Translations under genes and position numbers: made by a program
Source: Pseudomonadota bacterium
GTDB lineage: Bacteria; Myxococcota_A; UBA9042; GCA-2863065
DNA: 64,000 nucleotides
Assembly (NCBI GenBank): GCA_005776585.1
Contig: SXOX01000045.1
Coordinates: 53,425-117,424, forward strand
Direction of reading: 5' to 3'
Shown: positions 9,095 to 18,600 of the stretch, in pieces
Position numbering within the stretch: the first letter of the stretch is position 1
Layout of the letters: every line of letters starts with the position of its first letter
The notes under the pieces: model-generated
Seen by the model: the letters and a program-made list of their open reading frames with translations, nothing else
The model's database searches: none
What the model was told of the DNA's origin: nothing

Positions 9095-10168
9095 CTAACG
9101 CACGGTGCGGAGGTCGACCAGCGCCCGCTCACCGGCACGCCACACAGCGGCCTGACGCGCGCCCCGCCGCCAGGCGCGACGGAACGCAAACGACGTCTGG
9201 GTCGGCCAGGCGCCGCTGCCATCGGGCCGACGGAGCGCCTCGACCCACGTTTCCTGTACGGTTGGTGGGCCCGCGCTCATCACCACGCGCACCCCCAACG
9301 GCGTCGAGCGCAGCGCTCTCAAGTCGCGCAGCGTGAGATCCGGCTCCGACGCGCGCATGACCGCGTACGTGAACGCGTCATGCTCCAGCGTGTCGAGCCC
9401 CTTGAGCCGGCGCTCGAGTGCGGCGGCGACGTCCGTGCCCTCCAACGCCAGGCGGGGGTTTTCACGCACCTGTGGCGCGGTCTCGGCGCCCTCTTGAAGC
9501 AGCGGTGGGGCACAGAATGCGATTGCGTCGCGGGCTAGCAGGACGTCCAACAGTCGACCGGTCGCTTCCGTGATCGCGGCGGAGATCTGAGGTCGCGGAT
9601 CGCTCTCGGGGACGTCGACGAAGCGGTCCTCGGGCAGCTCGAGCTCATAGCGCGCGATGATCGCGTCGGTGGCCGGATGCACGAGCCGCACGGTCAGCTG
9701 GACGTCGGAGCGGTACTCCCGATGAAGTCGCAGCTCGGCCTTGCGCGTGGCCTCGACGACCTGGCCCGTGGCACCCTCCATCGCCTGGATCTCCAGGACC
9801 GCGACCTTCTTCGGGTCGATGCCGAGCTCCCGGGCGCGCCGCAGCAGCGTCGTCCGCGTCGCGTAGCCGCCCGGTGTCGTCGGGCGCGTGACCGCGTCGA
9901 ACTCCCATGGCGCCACCGCATCGACGGCGGGCCGCTGCTCGACGACCCGTAGGACGTCGCGCGCTCGCTGCCACCGATGCCACGGCTCGACGCCCAGGAG
10001 CGTGACCTCGGGTTCGGCGACCGCGATCGCCTCAAGCTCGAGCGCGGGGCCCGCCTTGCCCGCCGTGCGCATCACCGTCATCCCCGGCGGAAGCGCGCAG
10101 GCCGTCATCCCGAACAACAGCACCCACGCGCAGGAACGGCTTGACATCGCAGCGCGCGACCCTATCAT
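9095..10168 (-). CDS. hypothetical lipoprotein
   Basis: 357-aa ORF with signal/lipobox-like [17 protein letters not shown]. An alternative start at 10147 is possible. Confidence 0.6.
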   Translation of the reverse strand: MIGSRAAMSSRSCAWVLLFGMTACALPPGMTVMRTAGKAGPALELEAIAVAEPEVTLLGVEPWHRWQRARDVLRVVEQRPAVDAVAPWEFDAVTRPTTPGGYATRTTLLRRARELGIDPKKVAVLEIQAMEGATGQVVEATRKAELRLHREYRSDVQLTVRLVHPATDAIIARYELELPEDRFVDVPESDPRPQISAAITEATGRLLDVLLARDAIAFCAPPLLQEGAETAPQVRENPRLALEGTDVAAALERRLKGLDTLEHDAFTYAVMRASEPDLTLRDLRALRSTPLGVRVVMSAGPPTVQETWVEALRRPDGSGAWPTQTSFAFRRAWRRGARQAAVWRAGERALVDLRTVR

Positions 10169-10194
10169 GCGCGCCGCTCTTGCGGGAGGTGTCC

Positions 10195-10413
10195 ATGGCC
10201 CGAGTTACCGTTGAAGATTGTCTCGATCACTGTGAGAACCGGTTCGCGCTCGTCATCCTGGCGACGCGTCGCGCGCGTCAGCTCATGACGGGTGACGACT
10301 CGACCGTCTCGTCCAAGAACAAGCCGGCCGTCACGGCGCTGCGCGAGATCGCCAATGGCTCGGTCGGCTTCGACCGCTCCGTCATCGACCTGCTTCGCGA
10401 CGGTATCCGCTGA
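10195..10413 (+). CDS. rpoZ: DNA-directed RNA polymerase subunit omega
   Basis: [34 protein letters not shown] at 10195 preceded by GGGAGG. The track ORF starts further upstream at a TTG. Confidence 0.9.
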   Translation: MARVTVEDCLDHCENRFALVILATRRARQLMTGDDSTVSSKNKPAVTALREIANGSVGFDRSVIDLLRDGIR

Positions 10414-11023
10414 GATACGCCAGCTTTCCGGCGCCTCTCAGTCGATAGAGGCGCCGCAGCTCTCCAATCATCGCCTCGAGTCGCGCCGTGACTACGAACT
10501 GGGCCGCAAGCCAGCGGCAGTACGCAGACGCCAGTCGGTTGGCCTCCGCGTAGCGCGTCTGCTCCTCGGGATCGACGACCGAGCGCCGCAGCTCGAACGC
10601 CCCGAAGAGCCGTCCGATGAGACCGGCGACGCCGCGGGGTGACGTCGTCAGGCCGCCACGCGCGTGCAACAGGAGCAGCGCGAACTTGTCGACCTCGGCC
10701 TGCACCTCGAGCTCGAGCTGGCTGACCGACGCATCCTCCCGTGCCGCGCGCGCGACGTACAGGAGGTGGCTGACCCCCTCGGCGCAGACGCAGAACGTAT
10801 CGAGGTTGGCCGCCTTCGCAGAGGTGCCATCGACGAGCTGGTCCTCCAAGACGAGCAAGAGCTCCAGTTCGCCGTCGGACTCGCGCACCAGGAGCTGCTC
10901 GGGGCGGTCTAGCGGCGCGCCCGGCACCTCCGAGCGGCGCGCCACGAAATCCGACAGCTCCAAGCGCGGTTCGAGTGCGTAGATCGAACTCAAGCGCTCC
11001 TGTATCGCCGTCAGGAGACGCAC
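10382..11023 (-). CDS. hypothetical protein
   Basis: 213-aa ORF of ordinary composition. Overlapping alternative-frame ORFs are Arg/Ser/Ala-rich junk. Confidence 0.55.
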   Translation of the reverse strand: MRLLTAIQERLSSIYALEPRLELSDFVARRSEVPGAPLDRPEQLLVRESDGELELLLVLEDQLVDGTSAKAANLDTFCVCAEGVSHLLYVARAAREDASVSQLELEVQAEVDKFALLLLHARGGLTTSPRGVAGLIGRLFGAFELRRSVVDPEEQTRYAEANRLASAYCRWLAAQFVVTARLEAMIGELRRLYRLRGAGKLAYLSGYRREAGR

Positions 11024-11670
11024 GCGCGTCCGCCGGGAGCCAGGATGACGCCGAGCTCCGTGAGCTTCTGGCCGGCGCGCGCGTCGCCCTTGGCGTGCCA
11101 GGCATCGACCATCGACAGGATCCCGCGCTCCGTCGCGAGGTGCGTCCGCTCGGCAAGCTCGGCCAGGAGATCGACCAGGTCGCGGAAGTGCGCGGCCAGG
11201 TTTTGATACAGCTCGCGCAGCATCGGCCCGCGGGAGCGGCGCCCGGAGAGGTCGGCGACGCTGGAATAGGCGGTGCCGCCCATGCGAATGAAGTAGTCCA
11301 GCTCCATGCCGCGCCGCTGGAGGCGCTCGGGGAAGAGGCCGGTCGTGTAGAGCGCGACGTCACCCAGACGTCGCAGCTCCTGGACGCGACCGGCCTCGTC
11401 GGCCTCCATCGCGCGCTTCAAGATGAGCGCGAGCGGTTCGGTCTCGCGCCGGCCCTCCATGACCACGAAGAGTCGATCGGAGCTCCCAAAGCGCGCCAGC
11501 AGGTCCGCCACGTAGACCTGTGCGTCCGCGGGAGCGCGACTCCTCAAGTCGGTCGCGACCTGCGCGACCTCCGCCTGAAAGTAGTCGTAGAGGCTGCGAG
11601 AAGTGACCATCGCCGTGTCGGTGCGATCGCCGTCGCCGCCCTGTTCGTGGTGTTCGCCTCGGTTGCTCAT
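11011..11670 (-). CDS. hypothetical protein
   Basis: 219-aa ORF of plausible composition. 13-nt overlap with the downstream gene on the same strand. Confidence 0.6.
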   Translation of the reverse strand: MSNRGEHHEQGGDGDRTDTAMVTSRSLYDYFQAEVAQVATDLRSRAPADAQVYVADLLARFGSSDRLFVVMEGRRETEPLALILKRAMEADEAGRVQELRRLGDVALYTTGLFPERLQRRGMELDYFIRMGGTAYSSVADLSGRRSRGPMLRELYQNLAAHFRDLVDLLAELAERTHLATERGILSMVDAWHAKGDARAGQKLTELGVILAPGGRACVS

Positions 11671-11794
11671 GGTGCCTTTCGTTCCGTCGAGAGTTCCAGT
11701 GCCCTGTTCATAAGAACGGGCATTCGCTTTGATACTTTAGCCAAGGTCCCACGTTGGTCGCAATATTCCGGGCCTGTGCTAGGGTCCGAAGGCT

Positions 11795-12595
11795 GTGTGG
11801 TCCTCCTGTTTCAGGCCTGTGTGGTGCGCCGTGGCGCTCGTCGCGCTCGGGTGCTGCCCTCACCGCTTCACCCGTCCGGCGGGCCCGCTGCCGACCGGCT
11901 CCGAGCTCCTCACACGCGTCCGCGGCGCCAAGCGTGGGATCACGACGTTCGAGCTCAACGCCCGCGCCTCGTATTTCGGTGACGCGTCGGCCCGTAAGGG
12001 CGACGTCGATCTCCTGGGTCGCCGTCCGGCCTGCTTTCGCTTCGAGGCGCTGACGCCGACCGATGACACGCTGGCCTTCCTGGTCAGCGACGGCGACCGC
12101 TTCGCCAGCCACGAGCGCGGCAGCCCCGAGTGTCTCACGGGACGCTCCTGCGTGGAGAACGTTGCGCGCTTCCTGCCGCTCGGCGTCGCGGGCGAGGCGT
12201 TGTTCGATCTTCTGGTCGGCGGTGCGCCGCTCATCGACGGCGAGCCCGTCGCGGCGGACTGGGACGACTGCGAGGGCGCCTACCGGCTCGTCGTCCGCGG
12301 TGCGCAGTCCGAGCAGGAGCTCCTCGTGCGTCCAGACACCTTCGCCCCTATTCGCGTGACGCTCCGCAGTGGCACGGACGCGACCCCGACCTACGTGCTG
12401 AGCTTCGACGAGGACGCGCCCGTCGACGGGACACCGCACCGCGTTCCGCGCACGATCCGCTACGTGTCCAAGGCCGCCGACGTCGACCTGGAGCTGCGCG
12501 TGCGCGAGGTGCACCTGAACGCGCCCAAGGAGGACGCACTCTTTGCACCGAAGTGCCCGCCGAACGTGCCGGCGCGTGAGCTCCCGTGCCAGTGA
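11795..12595 (+). CDS. hypothetical lipoprotein (LolB/DUF4292-like, tentative)
   Basis: GTG start. Lipobox AVALVALGCC. 266 aa. Confidence 0.55.
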   Translation: MWSSCFRPVWCAVALVALGCCPHRFTRPAGPLPTGSELLTRVRGAKRGITTFELNARASYFGDASARKGDVDLLGRRPACFRFEALTPTDDTLAFLVSDGDRFASHERGSPECLTGRSCVENVARFLPLGVAGEALFDLLVGGAPLIDGEPVAADWDDCEGAYRLVVRGAQSEQELLVRPDTFAPIRVTLRSGTDATPTYVLSFDEDAPVDGTPHRVPRTIRYVSKAADVDLELRVREVHLNAPKEDALFAPKCPPNVPARELPCQ

Positions 12596-13266
12596 CGCGC
12601 GGCCTGTTCCTGGTGATGGAGGGGATCGACGGCTCGGGTCGCTCGACGCAGCTCCATCGGCTCGCCGCGTGGTTCCGAGCCCACGGCATCCCAACACTGG
12701 CGACCTTCGAGCCATCGACCGGTGCAATCGGTCAGCTGATTCGCCGCTATCTTCGCGGTGAGGAGCCCGTCGCTGCGCCGCCCGACGCGCTGGCGCTCCT
12801 CTTTGCCGCTGACCGCCTCGAGCACCTCGCGCGCGAGGTGCAGCCCGCTCTTGCGCGCGGCGAGGTGGTGCTCTGCGATCGTTATCTTGCGTCGAGCTTT
12901 GCGTATCAGGGCCTGGGCTCGGCTCCGGAGTTCGTGCGAGCCGCCAACGCTCGCGCGTTGCGGCCGGTAATTACGCTGTACTTCAAGGTTGATCCGGAGA
13001 TCGCCCTCGCCCGGATCGCCGCGCGCGATGGCGAGCGTCGCGAGCTGTTCGAGACGCGCGAGCAGCTCACGCGCATCGCTGCTGCGTACGACGCGGTCTT
13101 CGGGCTCGCGGACGGGCCTGCGGAGTTCCCGGCCACGGTCATCGACGCCGGAGCCCATCCGGATGCGGTCTTTGAGGCCTGCGTGGCCGCTTGTCGGCCG
13201 CTGCTGACCCCGAACCCGGGCCTAGTGCCAACACCGCTCGGGCCCGAGCCGCCCGGACAGGCGTGA
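12586..13266 (+). CDS. tmk: thymidylate (dTMP) kinase
   Basis: LFLVMEGIDGSGRSTQ (P-loop), DRY motif (LCDRYLASSFAYQG). Confidence 0.9.
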   Translation: MPVTRGLFLVMEGIDGSGRSTQLHRLAAWFRAHGIPTLATFEPSTGAIGQLIRRYLRGEEPVAAPPDALALLFAADRLEHLAREVQPALARGEVVLCDRYLASSFAYQGLGSAPEFVRAANARALRPVITLYFKVDPEIALARIAARDGERRELFETREQLTRIAAAYDAVFGLADGPAEFPATVIDAGAHPDAVFEACVAACRPLLTPNPGLVPTPLGPEPPGQA

Positions 13267-13719
13267 ACGCATGACGTCGATGCGATGCCGCGCCTCGCCC
13301 AGCTCGTGGTGGAGTGTCACACGCGCGCTGGTCATGGGCGATTCGCCAAACAGGCGCGAGCGCGCCCAATCGTAGGTGGTCCAGAAGCCGACCTCGTAGC
13401 TCAGGGCCTCGAGCTCCTCACCGTCGAAGAGCGCGGTGAGCTCATCGAAGGCGCAACGGACGGTCTCCAACGCTTCGCAAGCGACCCGACCGGCCTCCCG
13501 GTCCTCGCGGTCCGCCGCACGCAGCTGGCGTTCCAGCGTGCGCGTCGGCGCCGCGATGCGGGCACCGAACGACAGCGCCATCTGAGCGGTCTCCCAGGCG
13601 AAGCTCGCGGTCTCCAGCAGCTCGGAGATGCGCCGGACGTCGTCGGTGACGGCCGTCGCTCCCAGGTACTTCTCGGACCCGAACGCGGGGTGACGTGCGG
13701 GTCGAATGGGCTCGTGCAT
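13222..13719 (-). CDS. hypothetical protein
   Basis: 165-aa ORF with helical-looking composition. The opposite-strand ORF 13285..13794 is Arg/Gly-rich junk. Confidence 0.5.
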   Translation of the reverse strand: MHEPIRPARHPAFGSEKYLGATAVTDDVRRISELLETASFAWETAQMALSFGARIAAPTRTLERQLRAADREDREAGRVACEALETVRCAFDELTALFDGEELEALSYEVGFWTTYDWARSRLFGESPMTSARVTLHHELGEARHRIDVMRSRLSGRLGPERCWH

Positions 13720-13925
13720 GATGGACTCCTGTGCTCACGGGCCAGCACGAACGTCATATTCGCGCTTCGAACGATTTGCCATGGCAGCCGATGAACGTCC
13801 CGGCCGCCCGTGGCCCGAACCGCTTCGTGCGGCGGCGGGCTCACCTGGAATCAACGGGCCCGGGCGCGCGAAGTTAAGGTCTCCGCGGCCGCGCTCGGCA
13901 GATTTTTCCCAGTACGCGCCCGCGC

Positions 13926-15020
13926 TCAACCCAGCCGCGGCGGTATCGCGACCACGTCGTCGAGGTGGCGCGCGCCGGTGGCGAGCATGATGAGCCGATC
14001 GACCCCCAGCGCGACGCCGGAGCACGGCGGGAGCCCCGCCTCGAGCGCATCCAGGAAGGACGCGTCGATGGGGTAGGCCGGTAGCCCCAGGCGCGCCCGC
14101 TCTGCGGCGTCGCGCTCGCATCGGGCCCGCTGCTCGACCGGATCGGTGAGCTCTCCGAAGCCGTTGCAGAGCTCGACGCCGTCGACATAGGCCTCGAATC
14201 GCTCCGCGACGGTCGGGTCGTCGTCACACGGTCGCGCCAGCGAGGCCAGAGCAATGGGCCAGCGCTCGAGCCACGTCGCCCCCAGCGGTGCCAGGGCGGG
14301 CTCGATGCGCTCGACGAGCTGCGTGATGACGTCATCTGGGTCCTGCGATGGGCGGCCGAAGCGCTCGAGGGCCTCCGCCACCGTGAAGCGGGTCCAGGCC
14401 CGGGGCTGGCCCGTCGCCAACGCGACGATGGCCTCGACGTCGTCTTGAATCGCGCGCGGCGGTTCGCCAGCGCGGTACCACTCGAGCATCGTGAACTCGC
14501 CGTGGTGGAGGTGCCCGTCCTCGTCGTCGCGAAACGCGCGGCCGAGGTAGAAGACGCGCTCGGCTCCCGCCGATAGCACGCGCTTGAGGTAGTACTCCGG
14601 ACTGGTGATGAGCCAGCGTGACTCGCGGGTGGAGCGCGCCTCGATCGCGCGGAGATGCACCTCGAGCCCAGGGGACCGCGCCATGACCGGGGTTTCGAGC
14701 TCCACGAAGCCGCGGTCTCGAAACCACGCGCGGAGCTCCGACATGAGCTCACAGCGGCGCACGAGGTTGGGCCAGATCCGGTGCAGCCGCCACCAGTCTT
14801 GCGCCTCCAGGTCGCGCGCTGAGCGATTGCGCGCCACGACGTGCACGTGACCGTTCGCCCACGTGACGAGATCGCCGAGGGCTGCCGTCTCCGTGCTCGA
14901 GCCCATGGGCAGCTCGCGCAGGCCGCTGAGCGTGGAGACGACGACCGCTTCCGGCCGCACACGCACGACCCGACCCGTGGGGAACGTCATTGGGAGGGAA
15001 CCGAGGTCATGCCTCGGCAA
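13926..15020 (-). CDS. epmA: EF-P lysine ligase (class II LysRS paralog, EpmA/GenX/PoxA)
   Basis: 364 aa with the class II aaRS core (FRDRGFVELETPV, YYLKRVLSAG, FRDDEDGHLHHGEFTMLEWY, GVALGVDRLIML). Lies immediately downstream of efp. Confidence 0.85.
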   Translation of the reverse strand: MPRHDLGSLPMTFPTGRVVRVRPEAVVVSTLSGLRELPMGSSTETAALGDLVTWANGHVHVVARNRSARDLEAQDWWRLHRIWPNLVRRCELMSELRAWFRDRGFVELETPVMARSPGLEVHLRAIEARSTRESRWLITSPEYYLKRVLSAGAERVFYLGRAFRDDEDGHLHHGEFTMLEWYRAGEPPRAIQDDVEAIVALATGQPRAWTRFTVAEALERFGRPSQDPDDVITQLVERIEPALAPLGATWLERWPIALASLARPCDDDPTVAERFEAYVDGVELCNGFGELTDPVEQRARCERDAAERARLGLPAYPIDASFLDALEAGLPPCSGVALGVDRLIMLATGARHLDDVVAIPPRLG

Positions 15021-15027
15021 TGCACGT

Positions 15028-15591
15028 CTACGCCTTGGCCCGGCTCATGTACTCGCCGGTGCGAGTGTCGATGCGGATGGTCTCACCGTCATCGATGAAC
15101 AGAGGCACGCGGACAATGGCGCCCGTCTCGAGCGTGGCCGGCTTGGTCGTGCCGGTCGCGGTGTCGCCTCGAATGCCCGGCTCGCAGTAGGTGATCTTGA
15201 GATCCACGAACGTGGGCGGCTCGACGTTGATGGGCCGCCCGTCGAAGAACAGTACCTGCACCGTCGCCTGCTCGATGAGCCACTGCGCGGCGTCCTCCAT
15301 GGCGGTCTTCTGAATGTCGACCTGCTCGTAGGACTCCTTGTCCATGAAGGAGTAGGCCGTCCCATCGTTGTACAGGTACGTCATGTCGCGCTCTTCGACG
15401 TCGGCAGGCTTGAGCTGCTCGCCGGTCTTGTAGGTGCGCTCCACCACGCGGCCCGTGATCAGGTTCTTGGCCTTGGTTCGCGTAAACGCCGTGCCCTTGC
15501 CGGGCTTGACGAACTGGAAGTCCACGATGGTCCACGGCACGCCATCAGCTTCGAACTTCAAACCTTTACGAATGTCACTGGTCTCGTACAT
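15028..15591 (-). CDS. efp: translation elongation factor P
   Basis: MYETSDIRKGLKFEADGVPWTIVDFQFVKPGKGTAFTRTKAKN, with the conserved Lys in KPGKG. Confidence 0.95.
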   Translation of the reverse strand: MYETSDIRKGLKFEADGVPWTIVDFQFVKPGKGTAFTRTKAKNLITGRVVERTYKTGEQLKPADVEERDMTYLYNDGTAYSFMDKESYEQVDIQKTAMEDAAQWLIEQATVQVLFFDGRPINVEPPTFVDLKITYCEPGIRGDTATGTTKPATLETGAIVRVPLFIDDGETIRIDTRTGEYMSRAKA

Positions 15592-15653
15592 GGGCGCGGA
15601 CTGAACCCGATTCCGATCGGGCTGTCAAGCCGCATTCGCGCGCGCGGCAGGCC

Positions 15654-18600
15654 TCACGGGCAGGTCGTCGTCGCACATGTGGACCCCTCCGCGCCAGACG
15701 TTCCGCCCGCGGTCGCGCACTTGGTCAACGCGATCCCGCCCGCGCAGCCGTCGCCGATGCAGCACGCGCCTGTCGCGACCTTGCACTTCGCTGAGAGACA
15801 CGAGCTGCCGGTACCGTTCCACGCGCCGTTCATGGCGTCGCAGTCGGCCTCATCGGTGTTACTACACGTGTTGTTGGCGCAGCACGCGCCGAGCCCCTTG
15901 GGCTTGCACTGGGTCGCGGGGCAGCCGAGGCCAGGGGAGAACACGCCGCCGATGGGTTGGCAGATGCCCGAGTTGGCCATGAAGCACGTCGTCGTGCCGA
16001 TGCAACAGGCGCCGAGCTCCCCAGATCCGGTACAGTCGACCTGCTCGCAGGTGAAGCCGAGCGAGATGGAGCCTCCCGCCAGTGAGCACTCGAGCGCCGT
16101 CTTCTGCGCGCACGTGTGGTCGGGGAGGCAGCAGGCGCCCGTCCCGACGCACTCGGTCGTAGCGCACTTCGTCGACGCGCCCATGAAGACGCCCCCGCCG
16201 ATAACGCAAGAGCCCGGCGTCGGCTCGGTCGTGCACGAGGCGTCCGGATGGCAGCAGGCGGTGCCATTCGAGCCGCTGCATTGGACCGCTACGCAGGCGA
16301 CACCATTGCCCGCATACTGTCCGCCGAGCGCCTGACAGGCCCACGCCTCGAGGTTGGCGCAGCCACTCGGCAGGCAGCAGGCTCCCTTGGGTGTCGTCGG
16401 GCACTGCACCTGGGTGCAGTCCAGCTGGTCGTGATAGACGCCCTCCTTCACCGCGCACTCCGCCGACGAACCCATGGTGCAGACGCCCGACAGCAGGCAA
16501 CAGGCCCAAGGCTGGTCGCCAGCGCAGAGCATCGGCGTGCACTGCGACCCGGCCCCTGAGAACGCGCCCCCAGACTTCTCGCACTCCTCCGCCGTCCGCG
16601 ATAGGCACAGGGGACTTCCAGGGAGGCAGCAGGCGCCGACGTCCTTCAGGCACGTGTCTGCGCACGTCGTCGCGACACCCTGGAAGGTGCCGGTTCCGCT
16701 GAGGCACGCCGACTTCCCAATCTCGGTGCAGAAGTGATCACTCGAGCAGCAGGCGCCCGGTGCGCCGCACGCCTCGATGGAGCAGTCGACGCCGACCCCG
16801 AGGAAGGAGCCAAAGCCCTGGATGCACGACTGGTACGTGGACTTCTTGCAGCTGTAGTCACTGGTGTTGCAGCACGCTCCGGCCGGATCGCACATGACGC
16901 CGTTACAGGTCGTGCCGTCGCCGGCGTAGGACCCGAACTTGCCGATGCACTCCGCCTCAGTCTCCGGCGAGCACTGGCCGTCGTTTCCGCAGCAGGCGCC
17001 CGAGCCCTTCGGTGGTCCCCCGGTGCACTTCACGTCCGCGCAGGCCTTGTTGTCCCCTTGGTAGCCTCCGCCGAGCGCCTCGCACTCCAGCTTGGTGATG
17101 ATCTGGCACTGCGCGGACGGAGTACAGCAAGCTCCGGTGAGATCGTAGTCACAGGCGTTCACGCTCGGGCACGTGGAGTTCGGCCCCTCGAACTCGTGGC
17201 CGAGTTCGGCGCATTGTGCCTCCGTGCGGAGCGTGCAGATGCCATGCGGGCCCGAGCAACAGCCGCCTTTCTTCGAGCCGGCGCAGATGACATTGGCGCA
17301 GCTGGCTCCCACGCCCGAGTAGGTCCCGCCTGCGCCGATGCACGTCACCTGGTCGACCTCGGAGCACTCTCCGTCGAGGCAACACGCGCCCGTTGCGGCC
17401 GTCCCGCAGGGGTTGAATGTGCACGAGCTGACGGCGCCCATGAAGGTACCCCCCGAGCCCGAGCACGCTGCTGGGGCCCCGAAGGTGCACGTCGCCTCCT
17501 TACAGCATGCTCCCGGAAGCGGGCCCGGGTCGCACGTACCGGAGCCACACGCGCTCCCTTGGCCCGCGAAGGTCCCTCCGGCCTTCAGGCATGCCGGCTC
17601 GTTGAGGCTCGTACAGTTGCCACCGGGGGCACAGCAGGCGCCGAGCGCGATCAGCGTGCACGTCCCGGTCGAGCACGTGACGTCCTTGCCCGCCGAGACC
17701 CCGCCGGCCTTGAGGCACGCGTTTGCGTCGATCTCCTTGCACGTCCCGGAGACACAGCACGCGACTTTGGGCAGCTCGCAGGTCCCGGCATTGCACGTCG
17801 AGCCGGGACCCGAGAACTGGCCGCCCGACTGGACGCACGCGTTGAGGGTCTTGGTCGTGCACGTGAGGCTGCTCCCACAACAAGCACCGCTGACGCCACA
17901 CGCGAGTGTCGCGCAGTCGGTGATCTTGAAGCTCATCGCGCCGCCCTTCTTCAGGCACGCGAGCGGCGCGGTGAGCGTGCAGGCATCGCCGGCCTCGCAG
18001 CACGCGACTGGCGCGGTACACGACGTCGCGGCACAGGTCGTCCCTGGGTCGGCAAAGACTCCCGCGGCGGCATCGCAGTCGGCGCCGTTGAGCTCCTTGC
18101 AGCCGGTGTCGGTGCAGCATGCCCCCTTGGGCGCGCAGACACTGACAGAACAGACGGTGTCCTCGCCCAGGAAGCTGCCGCCGGCGGTCTTGCAGAGCGC
18201 GGCCGTGAGCAGCTGGCACGACAAGTTCGGTAGACAGCAGCCTCCCTCGGTCTCCTTGGGTTCGCACGGCTTGGTGGAGCAAGCGATCCCCGCGCCCTGA
18301 TAGGCGCCGCCGCTCGCAGCGCACGCGGCCACAGTCACCGAGACGCAGGTCTCCTTCACGCAGCAGGCGCCTGCGGCCAGCTCTGCGCACGCCGCTTCGC
18401 TACACGTCGAGCCCGAGGCCAGCGGTGAGCCGCCAACGCCAAGGCAGGCAAAGAGGGTCTTCTCCTCGCAAGCCCCCGAGGTCAAGCAGCAGGGCGCGAC
18501 CTGACCGCCCGTGCAGGCGACGTCCGCACACGACAAGGTCGGCCCTTGGACCGTCCCCTGGTTCGCCTTGCACTCCTCTTGCGTCAGGTTCCCGCAGCTC

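Noticed and set aside
10430-10455. The hairpin GGCGCCTCT-N8-AGAGGCGCC after rpoZ as a rho-independent terminator.
   Set aside because: There is no U-tract, and it lies inside the 3' end of the convergent CDS 10382..11023. It may simply reflect coding sequence.
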